Positions 1 to 9,788 of a stretch of 64,000 nt of DNA are shown here, one piece after another. The notes under the pieces were generated by a model. That model saw nothing but the letters and a program-made list of their open reading frames with translations, did no database searches and had not been told where the DNA came from. The number at the start of each line of letters is the position of its first letter. Positions within the stretch are counted from its first letter, which is position 1. The translations under genes and the position numbers were made by a program. Location: IMG/VR virus record IMGVR_UViG_3300024255_000002. One strand, given 5' to 3'. The stretch comes from a virus.

Positions 1-738
1 GATTGCAAATACAGAATAGGTATGACAGGAACTTTAGATGATAGTAAAACTCACAAACTTGTATTGCAAGGATTGTTTGGTCATGTAAACAAAGTTGTAT
101 CAACAAAAGAATTAATAGATAGAAAACAATTATCAAATCTTAAAATTGTCGCACTCATTCTAAAACATAAAGAAGAAGATTGCAAAAAAGTTCACGGTGT
201 AAAATACCATGAAGAATTAGAATTTATTGCTCAAAGTTCTGCTCGTAATAAATACATACGAAATTTAACCTTAGGACTAAATGGGAATACTTTATGTTTG
301 TTTCAGTTAGTTGAAAAACATGGTGAGATTTTATATAATTTAATAAAAGAAAAAGCAGATCCAAATCGAAAAATATTTTTCGTTTATGGTGGAACAGAAA
401 CAGATGATAGAGAAAAAATTAGAGCAATCACAGAAAAGTCGGACAACGCAATTATTGTCGCTTCTTTCGGGACCTTCAGCACTGGTATCAATATTCGTAA
501 TTTACACAACATTGTTTTTAGTAGCCCTAGTAAAAGCCCTATAAGAATATTACAAAGTATCGGTAGAGGTTTAAGAAAAGGTGATAACAAAGATAGTGCC
601 ACACTTTACGATATTGCTGATGATCTAAAGTTTAAAGACAAAGAGAACTTTACGCTGAACCATTTTAGAGAGCGGATAAATATTTACAGTAGGGAAGACT
701 TTACTTATGAAATTCACAATATAGGTTTAGATAAATAA
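1..738 (+). CDS. uvsW: UvsW-like superfamily 2 DNA helicase (C-terminal part, 5' truncated by window)
   Basis: Helicase motifs TGT, TFSTGINI and QSIGRGLR; frame is open to the window edge; T4-like context upstream of gp55. Confidence 0.92.
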   Translation, partial: DCKYRIGMTGTLDDSKTHKLVLQGLFGHVNKVVSTKELIDRKQLSNLKIVALILKHKEEDCKKVHGVKYHEELEFIAQSSARNKYIRNLTLGLNGNTLCLFQLVEKHGEILYNLIKEKADPNRKIFFVYGGTETDDREKIRAITEKSDNAIIVASFGTFSTGINIRNLHNIVFSSPSKSPIRILQSIGRGLRKGDNKDSATLYDIADDLKFKDKENFTLNHFRERINIYSREDFTYEIHNIGLDK

Positions 739-742
739 TTAT

Positions 743-1207
743 ATGACAAAAGAAACTCAAAAAGCAAAACCTCTTCAAGTTAAAATACTAAGATTGGTTA
801 CAGGTGAAGAACTATGCTGTGTCATTCCAGATAAACAACTTTCGGTAAAATCTAATCTAGTTAGATTATTAGAACCAATGTTAATTAAATATATTCCTCA
901 TATGACGGAACTAGGAGTTTCTGATTATATTGCGTTAGTTAAATGGGTTGGTTTTACTGATGACAAAATCATATCTATTCCAAAAGATAAAATTATTACT
1001 ATTGCAAATGCCACGGCGCCGTTTTCATTAAGGTATAAAAAACTAGTAGATACTGTTAACTCTAAGGAACAACAACTACCTGATTATGTTGAAAGGAATC
1101 TATCTGCTGATGAATATAAAAAGATGGATGCTAAAGAAGAACTACAAAAGGCACTTGATGATTTACATGAATCAGATACTTTAATGCCAAGTAAGAAGGT
1201 TCATTAG
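743..1207 (+). CDS. Conserved T4-like hypothetical protein (small beta-barrel N-terminus)
   Basis: ILRLVTGEEL motif shared with 17253..17546; preceded by a late-promoter-like GATAAATA (730-737). Confidence 0.7.
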   Translation: MTKETQKAKPLQVKILRLVTGEELCCVIPDKQLSVKSNLVRLLEPMLIKYIPHMTELGVSDYIALVKWVGFTDDKIISIPKDKIITIANATAPFSLRYKKLVDTVNSKEQQLPDYVERNLSADEYKKMDAKEELQKALDDLHESDTLMPSKKVH

Positions 1208-1242
1208 CTTTAAAGCATTCCCTGGTGAAACTGGACACCAGT

Positions 1243-1271
1243 ATTATAACACTAAGAATCGCATATGTCAA
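1243..1271 (-). promoter_or_regulatory. Perfect sigma70 consensus promoter on the minus strand (antisense)
   Basis: Reverse complement reads TTGACA-tatgcgattcttagtgt(17 nt)-TATAAT. Confidence 0.75.
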
Positions 1272-1277
1272 GTACCT

Positions 1278-1457
1278 ATGGAAGAATTCTATAAACTAAC
1301 AATAACAAGAAATAATAAGGAAGAAGAAATGTACTATGGATATCTCTCTTATGACCAGATAATCTGTGATGTTGATATACTCTATGAAGATGGCGCTGAT
1401 GCCGTTGAAATGGAAATGATAACAGAGAAAGAGTTTGAAAAAGAGTTAGCTTATTGA
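1278..1457 (+). CDS. Small acidic hypothetical protein (59 aa; not in ORF track)
   Basis: Read manually: MEEFYKLTITRNNKEEEMYYGYLSYDQIICDVDILYEDGADAVEMEMITEKEFEKELAY; fills the intergenic gap. Confidence 0.6.
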   Translation: MEEFYKLTITRNNKEEEMYYGYLSYDQIICDVDILYEDGADAVEMEMITEKEFEKELAY

Positions 1458-1481
1458 CAAATACACAAAATAGTATATAAT
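1454..1481 (+). promoter_or_regulatory. sigma70-type early/middle promoter for gp55
   Basis: TTGACA-N16-TATAAT. Confidence 0.6.
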
Positions 1482-2040
1482 GTATAATATGACTAGAACG
1501 AAAAAAAAACCAGAACATTATGTAGATAATAAATTATTTCTACAGGCAATGATCGAATATAAAGATAAATGCGATAAGGCAGATAAGTCAAAAAGAAAAC
1601 ATCCACCTGTAACTAATTATATTGGTGAATGTTTTTTAAAAATTGCTAATCATTTATCTTATAGACCAAATTTCATTAACTATACTTTTAGAGACGATAT
1701 GATATCTGATGGTATAGAGAACTGTTTACAATACCTTAGTAATTTCAATCCACAAAAATCAAATAACCCATTTGCTTATTTTACACAAATAATATATTAC
1801 GCTTTTATTAGAAGAATACAGAAAGAGAAAAAACAAGCAAGTATCAAATACAAGATGATTGAACAAGCAGGTATTGATGAATATGATACTCTACCAGGTG
1901 ATACTAATACTGAATACAAGAATCAGTTTTTAGAGTTTCTAAGAAAAAATAGGCCTAGTGAAGAACAACCTAAACCAAAAGAAATCAAAATCAGAAAAAG
2001 AAAAAGAAAAACTGCCGATATTAATTTAGAAGAAATTTAA
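1480..2040 (+). CDS. gp55: Late-transcription sigma factor gp55 (likely start 1489)
   Basis: HYVDN, YIGECFLKIANHLSYRPNFINY, NPFAYFTQIIYYAFIRRIQKEKKQ. Confidence 0.95.
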   Translation: MYNMTRTKKKPEHYVDNKLFLQAMIEYKDKCDKADKSKRKHPPVTNYIGECFLKIANHLSYRPNFINYTFRDDMISDGIENCLQYLSNFNPQKSNNPFAYFTQIIYYAFIRRIQKEKKQASIKYKMIEQAGIDEYDTLPGDTNTEYKNQFLEFLRKNRPSEEQPKPKEIKIRKRKRKTADINLEEI

Positions 2041-2042
2041 TT

Positions 2043-3104
2043 ATGAAAATTGCAATGCTAAATGACACGCATTTTGGTGTCAGAAACGATAGTGAAGCGT
2101 TTAGAGAATATCAATTAAGATTTTACAATGAAATCTTTTTCCCATACCTACAAGAACATAAGATTAAAACACTTGTTCATTTAGGTGACGTAGTTGATAG
2201 AAGAAAGTTTATCAACTTTAATACTGCTTCTGTTTTTAGAAAACAGTTTTGGGATAGACTATATGAAGAACAAATTGATACGCATATTATAATAGGTAAC
2301 CACGATACTTATTATAAGAACACTAACGAAGTAAATGCAATTGAAAATCTTTATACTTCATTTGATAAAAAACACGAACCTTGGATATATACAAGACCAT
2401 CAGTTGTAGATTTTGATGGCACTAGTATATTGTTTATGCCTTGGATATGTGATGATACAAGAGAAGAGTCTATGAAGATGATAAATTCTGCCAAAGCAGA
2501 AATTGTAATGGGACACTTAGAGATCAAAGGTGTTGAAATGCAAAATGGCGTGATTAATGATCATGGTTTAAACAAATCAGATTTTAAAAGATTTGACAAA
2601 GTTATCTCTGGTCACTTTCATAAACATACAGATGATGGACAAATATATTACAATGGTGCTCAATATGAAATGACATGGTCAGATTATAAAGATCAAAAGG
2701 CATTTAATATATTTGATACAGAAACAAGAGAAATAACAAGAGTAAGCAATCCATTAACTATTCATAATAAAATAATCTATGATGATAAAAAAAATAACTA
2801 TGATAAGTTTGATTTAAATCCTTATCACAAACACTTTGTTAAACTTATTATACTTAATAAGACAGATGAGGAACAATTTGATAGACTTGTTAATAGATTA
2901 TATAAAGAAATACAAATACATGATTTAACAATACTAGAAGACTTTTCCGATATTAAAGCAAGTGTTAAAGATGAGGCACTAGATATGGGTGAAGACACCA
3001 TTACTTTTTTAAATAACTATGTAGATCAACTTGAAACAGATGTTGATAAACAAAAACTAAAAGAATATTTAAAATCTTTTTATGTAGAGGCAAACGATAG
3101 ATGA
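2043..3104 (+). CDS. gp47: Recombination endonuclease subunit gp47 (Mre11/SbcD-like)
   Basis: Metallophosphoesterase motifs DTHFG, HLGDVVD, GNHD, SGHFH; adjacent to gp46. Confidence 0.95.
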   Translation: MKIAMLNDTHFGVRNDSEAFREYQLRFYNEIFFPYLQEHKIKTLVHLGDVVDRRKFINFNTASVFRKQFWDRLYEEQIDTHIIIGNHDTYYKNTNEVNAIENLYTSFDKKHEPWIYTRPSVVDFDGTSILFMPWICDDTREESMKMINSAKAEIVMGHLEIKGVEMQNGVINDHGLNKSDFKRFDKVISGHFHKHTDDGQIYYNGAQYEMTWSDYKDQKAFNIFDTETREITRVSNPLTIHNKIIYDDKKNNYDKFDLNPYHKHFVKLIILNKTDEEQFDRLVNRLYKEIQIHDLTILEDFSDIKASVKDEALDMGEDTITFLNNYVDQLETDVDKQKLKEYLKSFYVEANDR

Positions 3105-4810
3105 TACAATTTCAAAAGATAAGATGGAAAAACTTTCTATCAACAGGTAATAATTTTATTGAAGTAGATTTAGAGAAATCAAAATCAACTTTGATTATAG
3201 GTGCCAATGGTTCTGGTAAGTCAACTTTATTAGACGCCTTATGTTATGTTTTATTTAATAGACCATACAGAAATATTAAAAAAGAACAACTTGTTAATAG
3301 CATAAATGACAATGATTGTGAAATAGAAATTGAGTTTATTGTTAATAGAAAGCAATACAAAGTTGTTAGGGGTATTAAACCAAACAAGTTTGAGATTTAT
3401 TGCAATGGTGATTTAATAGACCAAGACGCTTCTGCTGTAGATTATCAAAAGTCTTTAGAAGAAAATATATTAAAATGTAACTATCGTGCTTTTTCTCAAA
3501 CAGTAATACTTGGCTCTTCTTCTTATGAACCATTTATGAAAATGAGAGCTCGATATAGACGAGAAGTTGTTGAAGAAATATTAGACATAAGAGTCTTTAG
3601 TCACATGGATCTTTTAATTAGACAAAAACAAACCGAACTAACAAAAGCTGTTGTTGATGTAAAACATAGATATGAATTGTTAGGTGAAAAATATGAATTA
3701 CAGAAAAAACATTTTGAGCAAATACAAAATAGAGATAATACAGATATAGAAGATAAAAAGAAACAGTTAAAAGAAAATGAAGTTAGTAACTATGAGTATA
3801 ACCAGAAATTACAGTTACTCAATGAAAAAATTATATCAACAAAATCTGAAATATGGGGTGGTGAGAAACATACTCAAAAATCAAATGAACTGGCAAAACT
3901 AGAAGCAAAGATTGAAACAAATTTATCAAATCACAAAAGAACTTTAGACTTTTTTCAAAACAATGATACATGCAACACATGTACACAACCAATAGATAAA
4001 AATTTTAAATTAAAAAAGATAAATGAAGAGGCACAGAAAATATCAGACTTAGAAACAGGCCTACAAGATTTAGAAAAAGAGATCAATAAAACAGATGAGA
4101 GAATAACTGAATACAAAGAAATAGAAAAAAGACTTAATAAGTTAAATCTATCTGTTGCTAAAATCAATACTTCTATTTCAGAAATCAATAGACACTCAAA
4201 TAGATTAGATATAGAGATTGCAAAACTAAATGGTGAAACAGATTCAACAAATAATGTTGCTGAACAAATAGAACAACTTAGAGTAGATTTAGAACAAGTA
4301 GGTGTTGAAAAGGATAAAATGATAGAGAAGAAGAAATACATTGATATTGCCAGAGAAATATTAAATGATACAGGAGTTAAGGCAAATATTATTAAAAAAT
4401 ATATACCTATAATGAATGGCCTTATTAATAAATTTTTAAGATCAATGGACTTCTTTGTGAATTTTCATTTAAACGAAGAATTTGAAGAAACAATCAAAAG
4501 TAGATTTAGAGATACCTTTGCATATAATAGTTTTAGTGAAGGTGAAAAACTAAGAATAGACTTGTCACTTTTATTTACTTGGCGTGAGATTGCCAAAATG
4601 AAAAACAGTACAAATACTAACCTATTAATATTAGATGAGATATTTGATTCTAGTTTAGATGGTCAAGGAACAGATGATTTTTTTAGAATATTAAAAAGTA
4701 TAACAGATCAAAATGCCTTTATTATATCGCATAAGGGGGATATACTATTTGATAAGTTTACAAATATAATGAAATTCGAAAAGGTGAACAATTTTTCAAC
4801 AATGAGTTAG
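3101..4810 (+). CDS. gp46: Recombination ATPase gp46 (Rad50/SbcC-like)
   Basis: Walker A GANGSGKS, coiled coil with CNTC zinc hook, FSEGEK signature, LILDEIFD Walker B. Confidence 0.96.
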   Translation: MIQFQKIRWKNFLSTGNNFIEVDLEKSKSTLIIGANGSGKSTLLDALCYVLFNRPYRNIKKEQLVNSINDNDCEIEIEFIVNRKQYKVVRGIKPNKFEIYCNGDLIDQDASAVDYQKSLEENILKCNYRAFSQTVILGSSSYEPFMKMRARYRREVVEEILDIRVFSHMDLLIRQKQTELTKAVVDVKHRYELLGEKYELQKKHFEQIQNRDNTDIEDKKKQLKENEVSNYEYNQKLQLLNEKIISTKSEIWGGEKHTQKSNELAKLEAKIETNLSNHKRTLDFFQNNDTCNTCTQPIDKNFKLKKINEEAQKISDLETGLQDLEKEINKTDERITEYKEIEKRLNKLNLSVAKINTSISEINRHSNRLDIEIAKLNGETDSTNNVAEQIEQLRVDLEQVGVEKDKMIEKKKYIDIAREILNDTGVKANIIKKYIPIMNGLINKFLRSMDFFVNFHLNEEFEETIKSRFRDTFAYNSFSEGEKLRIDLSLLFTWREIAKMKNSTNTNLLILDEIFDSSLDGQGTDDFFRILKSITDQNAFIISHKGDILFDKFTNIMKFEKVNNFSTMS

Positions 4811-4820
4811 GAGATAAAAT

Positions 4821-5369
4821 ATGATATATGAATTATTACCACCAACTGATCCAAGAGTGCTTTCAAGTGTTGCACTTTTTGATATAGAGGTATTTAAAAA
4901 AGAAGAAAAGGTAGAACTAAAAGAGTTTATAGATAATATGTTTTCCACTATGAAGAACTACGGTGGTATAGGCCTATCAGCAAATCAAGTTGGTAAACCA
5001 TATCGTATGTTTGTTATGGGTGGCCATGCAGATATATCAAAAGGTAAAAAGTGGACTTGTATCAATCCTGAAGTTGTTGAGTTTAGTAAAGAGACAGTTA
5101 GATACAAAGAAGGATGCTTAACTTTTCCATTTCTATTCTTAGATATAGAAAGACCTAGATTAATAAAAGTAAAATATCTAAATGAAAAACTAGAAACAGT
5201 TGAAGAAACATTTGATGGTTTAGTTAGTAGATGTTATCAACATGAATTAGATCATATGCATGGATCAGTTTTTACAGAAAAAGTTACTAAGTTTAAATTA
5301 GATAGAGCAATAGCAAAAAGAACTAAAGAAATAAAAAGAGTAGAAAAATTATGGCAACAAAAGTCTTAA
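4821..5369 (+). CDS. def: Peptide deformylase
   Basis: Motifs GGIGLSANQVG, EGCLT and QHELDH. Confidence 0.95.
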   Translation: MIYELLPPTDPRVLSSVALFDIEVFKKEEKVELKEFIDNMFSTMKNYGGIGLSANQVGKPYRMFVMGGHADISKGKKWTCINPEVVEFSKETVRYKEGCLTFPFLFLDIERPRLIKVKYLNEKLETVEETFDGLVSRCYQHELDHMHGSVFTEKVTKFKLDRAIAKRTKEIKRVEKLWQQKS

Positions 5370-5962
5370 AAGAACTAGATTTACCTGAATATAAACAGCC
5401 ATTAGATAAAGCTATAAAATTTTTAGATAATCTATCATATTCGGCAGTAAAAACAAAATATAATGCAAAGGGTGATTGGGATGCTGTATCTATAAAAGGA
5501 TATAGTGATGACATAGGTAACATCTTAAAACCAGGTGTGCTAAAGTCAGATGTAGAGTCAGCAGAATTAAGATGGACAAGTCTATATGAAGAATCTGATC
5601 TATTACCTTTAAAGGAAATACTATCTCATATACCAGCAGAGTTTGAACGTGTAAGAGTTATGAGATTAAAAGCAGGTACAACTATAAAGAAACATACAGA
5701 CAAAATAGATAAAGAAATAAAACAAGGCAAGATTGTTAGATTACATGTGCCTTTAAGAACAAATAACAACGTGCATTTTTATCTATGGGAAGGCAAAGAT
5801 CAATATCACTTTAATTTAGAAGTTGGTAAATATTATTATGTAGATGTATCAAAGGCACATGCTGTACACAATAAGGCAGATATGGATAGACTACATTTAG
5901 TTATAGATTGTTATAATAATGATAAATTAAAAAACTTAATGAAACAGGTAGATGAACAATGA
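5351..5962 (+). CDS. Aspartyl/asparaginyl beta-hydroxylase-like 2OG-Fe(II) oxygenase
   Basis: HTD (HxD) motif, RLHVPL, HAVHN...RLHLVID. Confidence 0.8.
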   Translation: MATKVLKELDLPEYKQPLDKAIKFLDNLSYSAVKTKYNAKGDWDAVSIKGYSDDIGNILKPGVLKSDVESAELRWTSLYEESDLLPLKEILSHIPAEFERVRVMRLKAGTTIKKHTDKIDKEIKQGKIVRLHVPLRTNNNVHFYLWEGKDQYHFNLEVGKYYYVDVSKAHAVHNKADMDRLHLVIDCYNNDKLKNLMKQVDEQ

Positions 5963-6393
5963 TTTTTGCAGAGCAATCAGATTTTGATAAAATAAAGTCA
6001 ATTTTCTATAAACATAGAAAGTGGTTTCCTCATGTTAGGACAGATTACATGATGAGAATGATTGGTAAAAAACAACTTATATTAGAAGACGGTGTGCTTA
6101 TAACCTTTCATCATTGTAAAAGAAGACAAAAGATAGGTGATGTACAATTAACAGTAGGTGATACTGTATTACATCAAATTGCAAGTGATTCGCCTGGTTC
6201 TGGTAATGCTCAATCTGTTCTTAATAACTTTTTTGAACACTGCCCAAAAGACGTGTTTTTATCAGTAAGAGCTGACAACTTGACAGCCAACGCATTTTAT
6301 GTTAAAATGAATATGAATTTAATCGGTACCACAAGTTGGTCAAAAGGTACAATACCTGGGAATGTATATGTCAAACACAAAAGAAGTAATTAA
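5959..6393 (+). CDS. GNAT-fold acetyltransferase-like protein
   Basis: LHQIA...GSGNA acetyl-CoA loop; LSVRADNLTANAFY. Confidence 0.7.
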   Translation: MIFAEQSDFDKIKSIFYKHRKWFPHVRTDYMMRMIGKKQLILEDGVLITFHHCKRRQKIGDVQLTVGDTVLHQIASDSPGSGNAQSVLNNFFEHCPKDVFLSVRADNLTANAFYVKMNMNLIGTTSWSKGTIPGNVYVKHKRSN

Positions 6394-7447
6394 AGACTGG
6401 AAAGAAAATAAAGGATTTCCTTATTACCCAACAGATAAGAAATGGAGGGATGATAAGTATAAACAACTTTTATCTTTTAAAAGAGATACCATATTAGATA
6501 GACAACATAAAGTCATAGGTCAATCAGCTCATGGTTTAAATCTTGCATGGTCTTTTATGAAACATTCCTGGGGCATTCAATGTGGCAAAATGAAAACACC
6601 TATGCAAGTATGGAATGACGAAGAACATTTAGAAAAAGGTATAAACAAAATACTTACAGGAACATTCTTTAAACAAAAGAAACCACACGAAATAACAGAC
6701 TCAGATATGAGATCAATGTTAAGAAGATATAGTGGCACTCAAATGGTTTCTAATTTTAGACCCACAGCGGCCGCAACTTTATATGATATATTTGTTGATA
6801 AAGATTCACCATTAGAGGGTACAACTGCTGGTACTGTATGGGATCCTAGTATGGGTTATGGTGGTCGTTTATTAGGTGCAATTGCAGCTGGTGTAAATTA
6901 TATAGGAACTGATCCGTGTGTTCCTACTTATGAGGGGTTAGAACAAATAAGAGACGCATATGCTCATACTGATAAATCATATACCTTATTAAGACAAGGT
7001 AGTGAAACTTATAATCCCGAAGAAGAAAGTTTAGATTTTGTATTTACAAGTCCACCATACTTTGGTTGGGAAGCATATGGTGATGAACCAGAACAATCAA
7101 GTATTAAATTCAGTAATAGTGATTTGTGGAAAGAAGGATTTTTAAGACAGACTATTAAAAATGCATATAAGGGATTAAAGAAAGGTAAAAAACTTGCTTT
7201 AAACGTTGCAAATACAAAACAATATAAAACATTTGAAGAAGATACACACGATCTAATGGTTGATGAAGGATTTAAAGATATGCAAATATGGTGGTTATCA
7301 TTATCAACACAACAAGGTGCCTCAATACAATCTACACTAGAAGGCACAGAAACAGAAAAAAAACAATCACAGAAATACATAGGGCGATTCGCAAGACCTG
7401 ACATTTCAGGTAGAAAATTCGAACCAATATTCATAGGAACCAAGTAA
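6362..7447 (+). CDS. SAM-dependent amino (N6A/N4C) DNA methyltransferase
   Basis: Motif I WDPSMGYGGR, motif IV FTSPPY; paralog of 20763..22028. Confidence 0.85.
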   Translation: MYMSNTKEVIKDWKENKGFPYYPTDKKWRDDKYKQLLSFKRDTILDRQHKVIGQSAHGLNLAWSFMKHSWGIQCGKMKTPMQVWNDEEHLEKGINKILTGTFFKQKKPHEITDSDMRSMLRRYSGTQMVSNFRPTAAATLYDIFVDKDSPLEGTTAGTVWDPSMGYGGRLLGAIAAGVNYIGTDPCVPTYEGLEQIRDAYAHTDKSYTLLRQGSETYNPEEESLDFVFTSPPYFGWEAYGDEPEQSSIKFSNSDLWKEGFLRQTIKNAYKGLKKGKKLALNVANTKQYKTFEEDTHDLMVDEGFKDMQIWWLSLSTQQGASIQSTLEGTETEKKQSQKYIGRFARPDISGRKFEPIFIGTK

Positions 7448-7457
7448 AAAATCAAGT

Positions 7458-7472
7458 GTTCTTGTTTTGTTC
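7458..7472. promoter_or_regulatory. Alphaproteobacterial LexA (SOS) box-like site
   Basis: GTTC-ttgtttt-GTTC (N7), 36 bp upstream of a sigma70 -35; second copy at 58989. Confidence 0.6.
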
Positions 7473-7508
7473 TTATTAAAACCCAATAAAATCAACAAAA
7501 ATAAGTGC

Positions 7509-7537
7509 TTGACTTTTACATCAAAATACGGTAGCAT
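7509..7537 (+). promoter_or_regulatory. Early sigma70-type promoter
   Basis: TTGACT-N17-TAGCAT with an upstream A-rich element shared with the 59050 promoter. Confidence 0.7.
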
Positions 7538-7546
7538 ATACAGTAT

Positions 7547-9658
7547 ATGAAAACAAACACTATGAATATGAAAAACACTATGGAAAATAAAAGTACACTT
7601 GCTAAACTACTTGCTACTGAAAATATTGAAGTACAAGAAAATGCTACACAAACTGCTTCATTTGATGTTGTGAATAGAATATTAACTATCCCAATATTTA
7701 AAGAAGAACACAAATCAAAACATGTTTATGATATGTTGATCGGCCATGAGGTATCTCATGCTTTACATACACCATCTGAATCATGGAAATCTATGTCTGA
7801 TAGATCAAACGAATTTAGATCATTTGTTAATGTTATTGAAGATGCTAGAATTGATAAACTTATTCAAAGTAAATATCCAGGTTTAACTGTTGATTATATT
7901 GAAGGTTTTAAAAAGTTATATGCTGATAACTTCTTCGGTACTAAAGACAAAGATATTAACAAAGACTATACATTAATTGATAAAATCAATCTATGGTTTA
8001 AATCATCTAAAAAACTAGATGTTAAATTTTCATCTAAAGAAAACAAATTCGTTGAGGCAGTTGACAACTGTAAATCATTTGATGATGTTTTAAAACTTGC
8101 TGAAGAAATCTTAGGTCACTGTAAAGAAGAATTGAAAAAACAACCTGAACTGACTAAGTCATTTGAAATATCAAAAGAAAAATCTAAAGGTGATAAATCT
8201 GAAACCGAACAAGACTCTATGTCTGCTGATCAAAAATTAGATAAGTGGGTAGAAAAACAAGAGGGTGAAAGTGATGAAGAAGTTAAAAAAGAAAAAGATC
8301 AATCATTTTCAAATAATGCTGGTGGTGATTTTGAAATTAGATCATTGACTAATGAGGCATACGATAATGCTAGAAAGGATATGTCTGATGATGAACAAGA
8401 GGATAGAGTATATTCAACTCTTCCATCTGTTAATCTTAAAAATATTATCATTCCTTATTCTAAGTATATTAGAGATCATTACATACATGACTCTAAGTTA
8501 GATTCTTATGATAAGGCTTTATTGGCAGAGGCAAGAGAAGAAACTAAAAAATTTATGAAAGAATCTAGTTCGGCTGTAAATTATCTAGTTAAAGAATTTG
8601 AAATGAAAAAAAATGCTAAGTTATATGCTCGTGCTTCACAGGATAAAACAGGTATTATTGATCCTTTGAAATTACATACTTATAAATTTGCTGAAGATAT
8701 TTTCAAAAAAATTACTACTGTTCCTAATCAAAAAAATCATGGTATGATTTTATTACTTGATTGGTCTGGTTCTATGGCAAAAAACTTATTGCCAACTGTT
8801 GAACAGTTGTTAAACTTAGTTATGTTTTGTAAAAAGATTAACATACCTTTTTCAGTATATTCATTTATGAATCCTGATAAAACAGATGGTAGTAAACCTT
8901 TTAAAACTACGAAGAAAACTTTACAGGCAGATCAAACTACAAGATTAGTACAGTTATTCTCACATAAACAAAGTAAAACTGATTTTACTAGAGTATGTGA
9001 ATTGTTACACCGATCTGCTAAGTATTTTTCTGGATACAGATCATATAACAACCGTGATAGAGTACCATCTATTCCACATGAATATTACCTATCATCAACT
9101 CCTCTAAACGAGTCGTTAGTTGCTATGGATACAATCATTAAAAAGTTTAAGAATGATTATAAAGTAGAAAAACTTGCTCTTGTTACACTTACAGATGGTG
9201 CTTCTAATTCACTTAGAGGTAATGGTGATGGTATATATGGTAAAACTTATCTTAAATTGCATAACAAATATGTTCCTGTAACTGATTATAGTAGAGACAA
9301 AGAATGTATAACCAATGTTTTGATTAGTTACTTAAAGAAAAAATATGATTTACAAACTGTTGGTTTCTTTTTGGCAGATAAGTTTAGAGAGTTACAGTGG
9401 AACTTGCCATTAAATCTTAACTATAAACAAACTGAAACATTTAAAAAAATGTTTATTAAAGATAAATTTGTGCCAGACTATACAACTGCTTATGATGTTT
9501 ATTTTTATGTTAAGGCAGATACTAGAGTTGAAAATACCGATATGTCTGATGTTGAGACAACTAATAAGAGAACATTGAAAAAAATGTTTATGTCTGGTAT
9601 GAAAAAAAGATTGACGAGTCGAATCTTATTACAGAATTTTATAAAGAGAATCGCTTAA
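7547..9658 (+). CDS. CobT-like protein: N-terminal HExxH metallopeptidase-like domain plus C-terminal vWA domain
   Basis: GHEVSH...NVIEDARI; MIDAS DWSGSM, STPL, LTDG; paired with the following AAA ATPase. Confidence 0.88.
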   Translation: MKTNTMNMKNTMENKSTLAKLLATENIEVQENATQTASFDVVNRILTIPIFKEEHKSKHVYDMLIGHEVSHALHTPSESWKSMSDRSNEFRSFVNVIEDARIDKLIQSKYPGLTVDYIEGFKKLYADNFFGTKDKDINKDYTLIDKINLWFKSSKKLDVKFSSKENKFVEAVDNCKSFDDVLKLAEEILGHCKEELKKQPELTKSFEISKEKSKGDKSETEQDSMSADQKLDKWVEKQEGESDEEVKKEKDQSFSNNAGGDFEIRSLTNEAYDNARKDMSDDEQEDRVYSTLPSVNLKNIIIPYSKYIRDHYIHDSKLDSYDKALLAEAREETKKFMKESSSAVNYLVKEFEMKKNAKLYARASQDKTGIIDPLKLHTYKFAEDIFKKITTVPNQKNHGMILLLDWSGSMAKNLLPTVEQLLNLVMFCKKINIPFSVYSFMNPDKTDGSKPFKTTKKTLQADQTTRLVQLFSHKQSKTDFTRVCELLHRSAKYFSGYRSYNNRDRVPSIPHEYYLSSTPLNESLVAMDTIIKKFKNDYKVEKLALVTLTDGASNSLRGNGDGIYGKTYLKLHNKYVPVTDYSRDKECITNVLISYLKKKYDLQTVGFFLADKFRELQWNLPLNLNYKQTETFKKMFIKDKFVPDYTTAYDVYFYVKADTRVENTDMSDVETTNKRTLKKMFMSGMKKRLTSRILLQNFIKRIA

Positions 9659-9720
9659 AAAACATGAGTGTTGCAAATATGTCACACTATTTATTAAGTA
9701 TATCAATATAAAATAAGTGC

Positions 9721-9749
9721 TTGACTTTCATATGATTTTATGATAGGAT
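9721..9749 (+). promoter_or_regulatory. Early sigma70-type promoter
   Basis: TTGACT-N17-TAGGAT; imperfect palindrome TGTTGC-N6-GTCACA at 9669-9686 upstream. Confidence 0.7.
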
Positions 9750-9788
9750 AGCACTATAAACAAATAAAAAAAAATAGGAAAAAACACT

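Noticed and set aside
9669-9686. Canonical CRP site linked to the phage adenylate cyclase
   Set aside because: Half-site spacing is N8 rather than TGTGA-N6-TCACA and the left half mismatches; treated as a RegA-like or unknown operator instead
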